A stretch of 59,483 nucleotides of DNA. Source: Eubacteriales bacterium (GTDB lineage: Bacteria > Bacillota > Clostridia > Oscillospirales > CAG-382). The stretch lies in contig JAZTXY010000077.1 of the NCBI GenBank assembly GCA_045636665.1, forward strand, positions 1 through 59,483. The letters are read 5' to 3'. The notes beneath the pieces were generated by a model. The model was not told where the DNA came from. It did no database searches and saw only the letters and a list, made by a program, of their open reading frames with translations. Below are positions 46,522-54,936 of the stretch, piece after piece; position 1 is the stretch's first letter; each line of letters starts with the position of its first letter. Both the position numbers and the translations under genes were made by a program.

Positions 46522-47550
46522 ATGAAATATGCATTTTTTGACACCAAGCCGTATGATAAGCCGTCGTTTGAAAAATACGGGAGTGATAACGGCGTTGAAT
46601 TTAAGTTTTTCGAAACGAAGCTTAACCGCGACACTGCGTCTTTGGCGAAGGGATGCGACGGCGTTTGCGTTTTTGTTAACGACGTGATCGATGCCGAAAC
46701 CATCGATCGGCTTTATGACGTCGGAGTGCACGCAGTTGCCTTGCGCTGTGCAGGTTATAACAACGTTGACGTAAAGCACGCGTTTGGCAAGCTTCATATT
46801 TTCCACGTGCCCGCATATTCGCCCTATGCGGTCGCCGAGCACGCAATTGCAATGCTTTTGACCTCGGTGCGCCGTATTCACAAGGCATATATCCGCACGA
46901 AGGATTTTAATTTCAGCCTTAACGGGCTTACCGGCTTTGATATGCACGGAAAGACGGTGGGTATTGTCGGCACGGGCAGAATAGGACGCGTTTTTGCCGA
47001 CATCTGCAAGGGGTTTGGAATGAAGGTTATCGCCTATGATAAATTCCCCTCCAAGGACAGCGGTATCGATTACGTTTCGCTTGACGAGCTTTTCAGCGAG
47101 AGCGATATAATCTCGCTTCATTGCCCTTTGACCGATGAAACCAAGCACGTTATCGACAAAACCGCCATCGAGAAAATGAAAAAGGGCGTAATTATCATCA
47201 ACACCTCGCGCGGTGCTCTTATCGATACCGAAGCGTTGCTTGCAGGCATAAAATCGCGCAAGGTAGGCGCGGCTTGTCTTGACGTTTACGAGGAGGAATC
47301 CGACATTTTCTTCAACGATTTTTCGGGACACATTATGGATGACGACACGCTTGCGCGCCTTATTTCGATGCCAAACGTGCTTGTTACCTCGCATCAGGCA
47401 TTTCTTACCGAGGAGGCGCTTAACAACATCGCCGAAACGACTGTAAACAACATTTTGGAGTTTTCCGAAAAGGGATTTTGCGAAAACGAGCTTTGCTACC
47501 GTTGCGGAAAGACCGAAAGCTGTAAAAATTCGCGTTGCAAATGCTTTTAG
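46522..47550 (+). CDS. D-2-hydroxyacid dehydrogenase (D-lactate dehydrogenase LdhA-like)
   Basis: LRCAGYNNVD, VPAYSPYAVAEH, GTGRIG, SLHCPL, NTSRG, LDVYEEE and SHQAF. Confidence 0.9.
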   Translation: MKYAFFDTKPYDKPSFEKYGSDNGVEFKFFETKLNRDTASLAKGCDGVCVFVNDVIDAETIDRLYDVGVHAVALRCAGYNNVDVKHAFGKLHIFHVPAYSPYAVAEHAIAMLLTSVRRIHKAYIRTKDFNFSLNGLTGFDMHGKTVGIVGTGRIGRVFADICKGFGMKVIAYDKFPSKDSGIDYVSLDELFSESDIISLHCPLTDETKHVIDKTAIEKMKKGVIIINTSRGALIDTEALLAGIKSRKVGAACLDVYEEESDIFFNDFSGHIMDDDTLARLISMPNVLVTSHQAFLTEEALNNIAETTVNNILEFSEKGFCENELCYRCGKTESCKNSRCKCF

Positions 47551-47611
47551 CTCTTGCGTTTGCAAGGGATATATGTATAATTGTATATAAACTATCCAAA
47601 AGGGGTTTGTT

Positions 47612-48295
47612 ATGTACAAATATTTACTGTGGGACATCGACGGCACCGTTTTGAACTTCCTTGCATCCGAAGCGTATGCGATACGTTTTTTGTTCAAGAA
47701 ATATAACCTCGGCGAGTGCAGCGATGAAATGCTTACGCTGTATTCGGACATAAACTCAAAATACTGGCGAATGCTCGAAAGAAACGAGCTTACCAAAGCG
47801 GAAATATTAATTTATCGTTTCCGCGAGTTTTTCGAAATAATCGGAGTTGACGTTACGATTGCCGAAAGCTTTAACAGCGATTATCAGCTCGCGCACGGTG
47901 ATTATATCGAGTTTATCGATAAAGCGAAGGAGGTCTTGCTTTCGCAAAAGGGAAATTTCACCCTTGCGGCAGTTACAAACGGCACAAGGATAGCGCAGGA
48001 AAAGAAATTGCACCTTTCGGGACTTGACAAGGTTTTTGATGCGATTTTCATATCCGAAAACGTCGGGTTTGAAAAGCCCAACAAGGAGTTTTTCGATTAC
48101 GTTTTAACCTCTCTCGGCGTAACCGATAAAAGCGAGGTGCTTATTATCGGCGATTCTCTTACAAGTGATATAAAGGGCGGTGTTAACGCAGGAATCGACA
48201 CCTGTTGGTTCAATCCTTCGCACAAGCCCAACACCTTGGGGCTTCCCATTTCTTACGAAATCGATGACCTTGGTAAATTAAAGGATATTGTATAA
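47612..48295 (+). CDS. HAD hydrolase, YjjG-like noncanonical pyrimidine nucleotidase
   Basis: DIDGT, TNG, KP and IGDSLTSDIKGG. Confidence 0.88.
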   Translation: MYKYLLWDIDGTVLNFLASEAYAIRFLFKKYNLGECSDEMLTLYSDINSKYWRMLERNELTKAEILIYRFREFFEIIGVDVTIAESFNSDYQLAHGDYIEFIDKAKEVLLSQKGNFTLAAVTNGTRIAQEKKLHLSGLDKVFDAIFISENVGFEKPNKEFFDYVLTSLGVTDKSEVLIIGDSLTSDIKGGVNAGIDTCWFNPSHKPNTLGLPISYEIDDLGKLKDIV

Positions 48296-48297
48296 AA

Positions 48298-48327
48298 AAA
48301 GCGGTATGAATCAAATCATACCGCTTT
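48298..48327. terminator. Bidirectional intrinsic terminator
   Basis: AAAGCGGTATGA-ATCAAA-TCATACCGCTTT. Confidence 0.8.
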
Positions 48328-48345
48328 GCTTTTTAAAGGAGAAAA

Positions 48346-49305
48346 TTAATTTTCGGTTTCGAGATAGGGGAATCTTGCAACTCCGCGACCGGGCTCGTAT
48401 ACCTTGTGGTAATCGCCGTTCCACTTAAACGCAGTAAAGCTTACCATTTCGCCGCTAAAGCCGCAAAGATAGGTTACGTCATCCGTAGGAGCGGGAATAT
48501 TGCCCTGACCTGCTTCAACGCGTGCCATTTCATCGGCGATCAAAGCATCGACGTAAGCGATGAAATCTTGAGCGCCCGAATGAAGCTGACCGTGCTTCCA
48601 CATTTCCAACAATTCGTTAGTGCCATAGGTGTAGGCAAAGAACAAGCTTCCGCATCCGCTGTTGTCTGCATACCAGATAGCGTACACTTCAACACGGTAT
48701 TTGCCGTTGGGAATGCCAACAGGAACAGCATCCTTGTCGCCGGGATCGTAAACGAAGTTACCCTGACGGTTAATGTCCAAATGGAGCTGATTAACGTCTT
48801 CCCAAATCTGATCGTCAAGATAAACGGTTTGGGAAACAAGCTTGCCGGTTGCGTGTTCATAAACCTGAACAACAACGTCGTTGATAAAATAGGGTGCGCT
48901 GTGGCCTTCCATCAATTCGCCGCCGTCCCATTCTACAGACGGAGCAAATACGGGGTTGCCGAAATCAACCGCGGGCTCGTCAACAACGGGCGCATCAACG
49001 ATGGGTTCGTCAACAACAGGCTCGTCAACGGCAGGATCCTCAACGGTGGGTTCGTTTTCGGGAACAACGTAAATTTCTTCGTCAACGTCGTTGTTGATTT
49101 CAACGTCGACTTCGTCTTCGGTATTAACCTCGATAGCTACGTCGTCATCGGCGATTCCGTCGTCCAATGCAGGCTCTGCCGCCGAAACAAGAGCATCGCT
49201 GATATCGATCGCCGCGCCGTTAAGAAGCGAAAGACTCACGGTGAGAACGAGTGCCGCCGCGGTGATAAGTGCCGCAGTGATAATTGCGAGTGTCTTACTT
49301 TTCAT
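48346..49305 (-). CDS. Hypothetical secreted or membrane-anchored protein with acidic Pro-rich stalk
   Basis: AGGAGG RBS, N-terminal hydrophobic helix and (E/D/A)PxV(D/E) repeats. Confidence 0.75.
   Translation of the reverse strand: MKSKTLAIITAALITAAALVLTVSLSLLNGAAIDISDALVSAAEPALDDGIADDDVAIEVNTEDEVDVEINNDVDEEIYVVPENEPTVEDPAVDEPVVDEPIVDAPVVDEPAVDFGNPVFAPSVEWDGGELMEGHSAPYFINDVVVQVYEHATGKLVSQTVYLDDQIWEDVNQLHLDINRQGNFVYDPGDKDAVPVGIPNGKYRVEVYAIWYADNSGCGSLFFAYTYGTNELLEMWKHGQLHSGAQDFIAYVDALIADEMARVEAGQGNIPAPTDDVTYLCGFSGEMVSFTAFKWNGDYHKVYEPGRGVARFPYLETEN
48965..49054 (-). repeat. Six degenerate 15-bp tandem repeats (coding)
   Basis: TCAAC recurs at 48965, 48980, 48995, 49010, 49025 and 49040; encodes EPTVE-DPAVD-EPVVD-EPIVD-APVVD-EPAVD. 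Confidence 0.85.
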
Positions 49306-49387
49306 TTTTACACTCCTCCTTTCTGTACCGTGAGTTTAGTATTTTGATATTTTAAATCTTTTCTCGATTTGTTATAGATTTGTAAAT

Positions 49388-50437
49388 TTATCCTTCGATT
49401 ATTCCGCCGCCGAGCAGAGTTTCGCCGTCGTAAAAGACTGCCGACTGACCGGGTGTTGCCGCACGGACGGGCACTTGAGTTTCGACAAGCAAACGGTTTT
49501 CGCCGATCGGGATGATTTTTGCCGAAACAAAGGGCGCGCGGTAGCGTATGCGAACCTGACATTCAAAATCGCTTTCGGGAAAATCAAGCGCCGAGAACGA
49601 TGCGTTTCTTACAGTAAATTTCGTTGTAAAAAGGTCGTTGTTACTGCCGAGAATCACTAAATTTTTTTCCATATTTCTGCCGATGACGTAAAGCGGCTCT
49701 TTATAGGCGATGCCCAAGCCCTTTCTTTGTCCGACAGTGTAATGACTCTGTCCGAGATGACGACCGAGCTTCGTTCCGTCGGAAAGCACGAAATCGCCCT
49801 TTATATCCTTGTTGCCGCCGACACGGTTAAGAAATTCGCGGTAATCGCCGTTGGGAATAAAACAAATATCCTGACTGTCGCTTTTGTGAGCAACTGGGAT
49901 GGAGAATTGCTCGGCAATTTCGCGCACCTCTTTTTTTGAAAATTCGCCAAGCGGCGCAACAAAATGCGAAATTTGGTCTTGAGTCAAGCTCCAAAGCACA
50001 TAGCTTTGGTCTTTATCCTCATCCGCCGCGCGAGTGATAACACGTCGGTCGCCGCATTGCTTCACTCTGACGTAATGCCCCGTTGCATATTCTTGCGCGC
50101 CGTGCTCTTTTGCATAATCATAAAGCGCGCCGAATTTTAAATATCGGTTGCAAACAACGCAGGGATTGGGGGTTTCGCCGTTTGCATAGGCAGAAATGAA
50201 ATCGCCGACAACGGTTTTTCGGAATTCTTCCTTTAAATCGACCGTATGATGCGGTACCGAAAGCGAATTGCAAAGATTTTTCGCATCGTTTGCTTCGGTA
50301 GATGAGCAATTCGGCACCAATTCGTTGCCGAAATTAATCATTGTTACACCTTCCGCGTCGAAGCCCTTTTCACGCAGGAGCAAAAGCGCGGTTGCGCTGT
50401 CAACTCCGCCGCTTACGGCAACAAAGCATTTTTTCAT
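49388..50437 (-). CDS. mnmA: tRNA 2-thiouridine(34) synthase (CxxC type)
   Basis: SGGVDS, PNPCVVCN, ATGHY, KDQSY, DSQDICF, YTVGQRKG and TPGQSAVFY. Confidence 0.96.
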   Translation of the reverse strand: MKKCFVAVSGGVDSATALLLLREKGFDAEGVTMINFGNELVPNCSSTEANDAKNLCNSLSVPHHTVDLKEEFRKTVVGDFISAYANGETPNPCVVCNRYLKFGALYDYAKEHGAQEYATGHYVRVKQCGDRRVITRAADEDKDQSYVLWSLTQDQISHFVAPLGEFSKKEVREIAEQFSIPVAHKSDSQDICFIPNGDYREFLNRVGGNKDIKGDFVLSDGTKLGRHLGQSHYTVGQRKGLGIAYKEPLYVIGRNMEKNLVILGSNNDLFTTKFTVRNASFSALDFPESDFECQVRIRYRAPFVSAKIIPIGENRLLVETQVPVRAATPGQSAVFYDGETLLGGGIIEG

Positions 50438-50557
50438 TCCGCCGCCTCCAAAGAAACATTTTTTATATTCTACCATAAGCGAATAAATGTTGCAACCGAT
50501 TTTGTCATAATATTCGCCCCTTTCGTGTATTAATTATCAAGAAAGGATGGTTCGACT

Positions 50558-51817
50558 ATGAAAAGACCTATAGCTATGATTTTGTCGATTTTTTTAATGT
50601 TTTTTCTCGTATCCTGTTCGGGAGGAAGTGAAAATATTACCGAAAACACGTTCGACCGACCGCCTGCCTTTTCGATTTTGCAAAAGCAATTGACTCTTGC
50701 AAAGCACGGCGAAAAGGGCGAAACCGCAACCTTTAAAAAAGACGAGTTTAAAAAGCTTGTCGGAGAAGAGCTTACTTATATCAAGGTTTCTTCTCTGCCC
50801 GAAGCAGGTATCGGCACTTTGATATATAAAGGCGCTTCGGTAACCTTGGGGCAAACGATTCCTGCAGAGTCGTTGGAATATCTTAAATTCATTCCCAACG
50901 GAGAAATCGAATTTGCAAGCTTCGGCTTTTCCTGCGATGCGAAAAGCTTCAACGGAAAGGACATTAACTGTGAAATAACCTTTACCGACGAAAAAAATCT
51001 TGCGCCCGTCGTTTCCGACAGCACTATAAAGACGGTTTCGGGTATCGGATGCGAAGCAAAGCTCGATATTAACGAGCCGAACGGCGACACCTTTACCGTA
51101 AACGTGATAACCTATCCGCGCGACGGCGAAATTCAAATCGGCAACGACGGTGAAATCGTCTATACCCCAAGCCCCGACTTTTCGGGCAAAGACACGCTTG
51201 TTTACACGGTAACCGACTGCTTCGGCGAGGTTTCAAGCCGCGCGACTCTTGCGATAACGGTAGAGAAAAACGAAAACAATATTTTCTTCGCCGATATGGA
51301 AGGCAACGCAAACCATTTAAGTGCCTATCGCGTTTGCTCGCAGGACGTTATGGTTTACCGCGTCACTGACGGTAAATATTATTTTGATCCCGATTCCGCT
51401 GTTACGAAAATTGAATTTTTGGTTATGATGATGAACGCATTGGAGCTCGATGCCGATATCGCCGCAGTCGCAGACAGTGCAATCAGCGATGACAGCGCAC
51501 TTTCGTCGGGACTGAAGGGATATCTTTCCGCCGCAAACGAACAGAATTTGATAAAGCTGAGCAACGGCGCATTTTCACCCTTTAACAACGTCACCGTTGC
51601 CGATGCCGCTTATATGGTGAGCGCCGCTTTGAAATTACCCGATATCGGCTCGGAAAGCGTTGAGGCAGGAACTCAGGATAGGACGCTTGCATCGATACTT
51701 GCCGCAAACAAGGCAGGATTTTTTGAATCCTCCGACCCCTCGCACACACTTTCAAAGCAGGAAACCGCGGCAGTGCTTTGCAGGTTGATAGATTATAAAA
51801 AGGATAACAATATGTAA
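50558..51817 (+). CDS. Lipoprotein with cadherin/Ig-like domains and C-terminal SLH-like repeats
   Basis: Lipobox LVSC; NLAP..YTPSPDFSGKDTLVYTVTD; FADM, FDPDSAVTKIEF and FSPFNNVTVADAA. Confidence 0.7.
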   Translation: MKRPIAMILSIFLMFFLVSCSGGSENITENTFDRPPAFSILQKQLTLAKHGEKGETATFKKDEFKKLVGEELTYIKVSSLPEAGIGTLIYKGASVTLGQTIPAESLEYLKFIPNGEIEFASFGFSCDAKSFNGKDINCEITFTDEKNLAPVVSDSTIKTVSGIGCEAKLDINEPNGDTFTVNVITYPRDGEIQIGNDGEIVYTPSPDFSGKDTLVYTVTDCFGEVSSRATLAITVEKNENNIFFADMEGNANHLSAYRVCSQDVMVYRVTDGKYYFDPDSAVTKIEFLVMMMNALELDADIAAVADSAISDDSALSSGLKGYLSAANEQNLIKLSNGAFSPFNNVTVADAAYMVSAALKLPDIGSESVEAGTQDRTLASILAANKAGFFESSDPSHTLSKQETAAVLCRLIDYKKDNNM

Positions 51818-51822
51818 TGCTT

Positions 51823-51847
51823 TGCCTCTGTCAGACCGACAGAGGCA
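51823..51847 (+). terminator. Hairpin after the lipoprotein gene
   Basis: TGCCTCTGTC-AGACC-GACAGAGGCA; weak T-tract. Confidence 0.5.
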
Positions 51848-51894
51848 TTAAATTTAAGCATCGGACAGAATAACGCAAAAACCGCGAAAAAAGA

Positions 51895-51923
51895 TTGATT
51901 TATAACAAAATATATGATAAACT
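51895..51923 (+). promoter_or_regulatory. Sigma-A promoter (copy 1 of duplicated promoter)
   Basis: TTGATT-N17 with extended -10 TGA-TAAACT. Confidence 0.65.
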
Positions 51924-51956
51924 GCGATTAGAAGCAATAAATCGGAGGTATCAGAT

Positions 51957-52436
51957 ATGTTTTGTCAAAAATGCGGATGCAAAAATTCCGACGGCACAAG
52001 TTTTTGTTCGAACTGCGGCGCGCCTATAAATGCTCAAAAAACTCAGGTACAATATCAACATAACGTTAATTTTCAAATGTCCACACCGCAAGTGCCCGGC
52101 AAAGGTATGGGTATAGCGTCAATGGTGCTCGGTATAATCGCTTGTGTATTGTGCTGTTATATTTATTTCGCTCTCCCTTGTGCAATAGTAGGTCTTATCC
52201 TCGGTATACTCAGCAGATCAAAGGCAAAAAAGGTCGGGCTTAAAAACGTATGCGCGGTTGCCGGAATAGCGTGCTCGGCGGTAGCGCTTGGACTTTCGAT
52301 ATTGTTTGTCGTATATGTAATTATCATCGGAGCGTATCTGTTTTCGTCGCTTTATGAAATCTTCGATTACAATTATAACGATTACTACGATTACTATTAT
52401 TCCATAGCTAACGTTTTTAAATCTGTTTTTAGATGA
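51957..52436 (+). CDS. Zinc-ribbon plus DUF4190-like membrane protein (paralog 1)
   Basis: MFCQKCG..FCSNCG; PGKGMGIASMVLGI; AVAGIACS; three TM segments. Confidence 0.85.
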   Translation: MFCQKCGCKNSDGTSFCSNCGAPINAQKTQVQYQHNVNFQMSTPQVPGKGMGIASMVLGIIACVLCCYIYFALPCAIVGLILGILSRSKAKKVGLKNVCAVAGIACSAVALGLSILFVVYVIIIGAYLFSSLYEIFDYNYNDYYDYYYSIANVFKSVFR

Positions 52437-52472
52437 TTTTCCTCAAAAAAGCCGTTTTTTTGTAAAAAACGA

Positions 52473-52501
52473 TTGATTTATATATAATCCTATGATAAAA
52501 T
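52473..52501 (+). promoter_or_regulatory. Sigma-A promoter (copy 2 of duplicated promoter)
   Basis: TTGATT-N17 with extended -10 TGA-TAAAAT. Confidence 0.65.
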
Positions 52502-52530
52502 AATGAAAAATTATTAAGGAGATTATTAAT

Positions 52531-53013
52531 ATGTTCTGTCCTAACTGTGGTAGCAACAATCCTGACGGTGTTGCTTTCTGCGCTAACTGCGGTTTCCAGT
52601 TTGAAGATCAAAAACCTCAGCAAGCAGCTCCTCAACCTGAATTCCAACAACCCCAGCAACAATATCAGCAACCTGAATTCCAACAACCTTATCAACAGCC
52701 TCAGCAACAATATCAACCTCCCTATATGCCTCCTATGCCCGCTCCCGTTCCCGGAAAAGCGCTCGGCATTGCAGGTATGGTGCTTGGTATCGTTTCTCTT
52801 GTTTTGTGCTGCCTTTTGTGGTATTTCACGCTTGTTCTCAGTATCCCCGGACTTATTCTCAGCTGTATCGGTCTTGGCAAAGCGAAGAAGGAAAACGTAC
52901 CCAACGGCATGGCAGTTGCAGGTATAGTTTGCTCGGCAATCAACATCGGTGTAAACATTATCTTTATCGCTTTGGTTGCTCTGAGCGTAGCAAGCCTTGG
53001 TTTTTACTATTAA
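52531..53013 (+). CDS. Zinc-ribbon plus DUF4190-like membrane protein (paralog 2) with Gln/Pro-rich linker
   Basis: MFCPNCG..FCANCG; QPEFQQP repeats; PGKALGIAGMVLGI; AVAGIVCS. Confidence 0.85.
   Translation: MFCPNCGSNNPDGVAFCANCGFQFEDQKPQQAAPQPEFQQPQQQYQQPEFQQPYQQPQQQYQPPYMPPMPAPVPGKALGIAGMVLGIVSLVLCCLLWYFTLVLSIPGLILSCIGLGKAKKENVPNGMAVAGIVCSAINIGVNIIFIALVALSVASLGFYY
52633..52720 (+). repeat. Internal duplication encoding QPEFQQP..QQQYQ
   Basis: CAACCTGAATTCCAACAACC occurs twice, 36 bp apart; CAGCAACAATATCA also occurs twice. Confidence 0.8.
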
Positions 53014-53022
53014 TTGTAAATA

Positions 53023-53052
53023 GAAATCCGCCCATTATACGGGCGGATTTTT
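53023..53052. terminator. Bidirectional intrinsic terminator
   Basis: AAATCCGCCC-ATTATAC-GGGCGGATTT. Confidence 0.8.
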
Positions 53053-53522
53053 TACTTATGGTATTTCTTTCCGCTGTTTATTGAAAAAGCTCGATAAACC
53101 TGCTCGGCAAGCATAACTCGCGCAAGCATATGCGGAAAGGTCATTTTCGACATCGACAAACGAAGGTCGCATTCGCGCTTCAACGCTTCGTCAAGCCCGA
53201 AGGACGAGCCGATTATAAAGCATATCGGACGCGATTCGTTCAAAAACACGTTTGCCAATTCAACACTCGACAGCTGTTTTCCCTCGATGCACATTGCAAT
53301 TTTCAACGCGTTTTTGGGAATCGCTTGGCGAATGCCGTTTGCCTCCTTTTCAAGCGCACGGAGAATAAGCTTTTCGGAATCCTCGCCAAAGCAGGATTCT
53401 TCTTTTATGCAAACCGTTTTGTAATCGCAAAACGCCTTCAATCGCTTGATATATTCATTTTCGGCATCCTTAAAATACTTTTCTTTAAAATCGCCTACGT
53501 GAATAATTGTTACCGAGTTCAT
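53052..53522 (-). CDS. rlmH: 23S rRNA (pseudouridine1915-N3)-methyltransferase
   Basis: EYIKRL, GKQLSS, FIIGSSFG, SKMTFPH..RVMLAEQVYRA and YHK. Confidence 0.96.
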   Translation of the reverse strand: MNSVTIIHVGDFKEKYFKDAENEYIKRLKAFCDYKTVCIKEESCFGEDSEKLILRALEKEANGIRQAIPKNALKIAMCIEGKQLSSVELANVFLNESRPICFIIGSSFGLDEALKRECDLRLSMSKMTFPHMLARVMLAEQVYRAFSINSGKKYHK

Positions 53523-54109
53523 CTTTTATTTTTCCTTTTTGCAACGGTTTTCTTCTTTCTTACCGAAAAACCGAAATCGCCGATTTTTTTGCCGAGGGTA
53601 AAATAATCGCCGTGAGAATATGCCAAAAGGTCGGCGCGCTCAAGCATCAATCTTCCCTTTTCATCGATTATCGATTCGTCAACAGCAACACAAACTATAT
53701 CAGCAATAAACATATCGTGAGAGCCAAGCGGTATGATTCTGTCAACCTTGCATTCAAGCGTCAGGGGACATTCGGCAACGCTTTTGCAGGAAACGGCAAA
53801 AGAATCGGATTTTGTAAGCTTGGTTTCCTTGAATTTGTCGATATCCTTGCCCGACCTTACACCGCAAAAATCAACCGCGCGCACCATTTGCACAGTCGGC
53901 AGATTAACGCAAAATTCTCCGCTTTCCTTAATCAGGTTGTAGGAAAAGCGCTCGGGACGAACCGATATATAAAGCTTTGGCGGTTGGGTACAAGCGATAC
54001 CCGTCCAACCGATAGTTATTAAGTTGTCCTTTTCGCCGTTTGAGCTTGAAACAAGCACCGACGGCACGGGAGCCAAAAGCGCTCCGCCCTTCCATTGCTG
54101 TTTAGACAT
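53519..54109 (-). CDS. Flavin reductase family protein
   Basis: PVPSVLVS, NLITIGW, SGEFCVN, CGVRSG, ECPLTLEC and GSHDMFIA. Confidence 0.9.
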   Translation of the reverse strand: MSKQQWKGGALLAPVPSVLVSSSNGEKDNLITIGWTGIACTQPPKLYISVRPERFSYNLIKESGEFCVNLPTVQMVRAVDFCGVRSGKDIDKFKETKLTKSDSFAVSCKSVAECPLTLECKVDRIIPLGSHDMFIADIVCVAVDESIIDEKGRLMLERADLLAYSHGDYFTLGKKIGDFGFSVRKKKTVAKRKNKR

Positions 54110-54117
54110 AGTTAATA

Positions 54118-54936
54118 TTAGTTATATCCCCATTGGTCATATTTGTCACTTTTTCCAAGATTGCATATATCGCATAATGTTCTCAAGTTTGAAGCCTCTG
54201 TCTTACCGCCTTTTGCTATCGGCTTGATATGGTCTACGTGCAGTTTCGCCCCTTCCGCAGCTCTTGCGCCACACAAAACACATCTAAATCCGTCGCGCCT
54301 CATTATATCATATCTCAAAGCGGGTGTCATTAAATTTCTTTGATATTCCTTTTGCTGCTTGTATTCTCGTTGTTTACTAATGTTTTCCAACGCTTTTCTA
54401 ACATCTTCGGCGTGCATTATCTCCTTTTGACTGTAATGGTTTTTTCCCTTAGGGCTGATGTACTCTAAAACTTGAGTAATATTAATGTCAAGAACAACTT
54501 TAAGCATATTCTTTTGGAAAATTTTTCGTTCAAGCTTACCATAATCAAAGCGTCCGTACCAGTCCGTTGTACGGTTATCAAATATTTTTTCAGCTTTTAA
54601 TGAATAAAGCACATAATGTCTTATATTTAAATCGATTTCACCTATCAAATACTTAAAATATTCTTCATATTCTAACACATATTCTTGCAAGACTACACTT
54701 GCACGAGCATTATCAAACGATCTTTTGTTTGAAAACTCTTTATAGTTTTCGAATTCTGATTCCAAAGATAAGTTAAAGTTATTGCGATGAATTTCGTTAA
54801 GTTCATATAACGAAGCTAAAGCAGAACTATGTTTTTTTACCTTTTTTCTCCTCAACATCATTACAACCGCAACTGCCGCCGCTATTGCCGTCATTGAAGC
54901 GGTTGATATAATCATTACTGCTAATTCAAAATTCAT
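54118..54936 (-). CDS. Membrane-anchored HNH endonuclease
   Basis: N-terminal TM followed by RRKKVKK; C-terminal RDGFRCVLCG..LHVDHIKP..GG..NLRTLCDICNLGK; AT-rich. Confidence 0.88.
   Translation of the reverse strand: MNFELAVMIISTASMTAIAAAVAVVMMLRRKKVKKHSSALASLYELNEIHRNNFNLSLESEFENYKEFSNKRSFDNARASVVLQEYVLEYEEYFKYLIGEIDLNIRHYVLYSLKAEKIFDNRTTDWYGRFDYGKLERKIFQKNMLKVVLDINITQVLEYISPKGKNHYSQKEIMHAEDVRKALENISKQREYKQQKEYQRNLMTPALRYDIMRRDGFRCVLCGARAAEGAKLHVDHIKPIAKGGKTEASNLRTLCDICNLGKSDKYDQWGYN

Noticed and set aside
6662-47796. Long antisense ORFs (6662-7711, 13552-14607, 19395-20456, 25702-26652, 28936-30174, 45116-46072, 46516-47796 and others)
   Set aside because: Each shadows a well-supported gene on the opposite strand and has no recognisable motifs. 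They are explained by sense-strand codon bias depleting antisense stops.
48965-52720. Short repeats at 48965-49054 and 52633-52720 as CRISPR arrays
   Set aside because: They are in-frame, degenerate coding repeats without unique spacers, and there are no cas genes.
53014-53075. Mobile element integrated at the rlmH 3' end
   Set aside because: The stop codon is followed directly by a bidirectional terminator, with no recombinase and no duplicated att sequence in the window.
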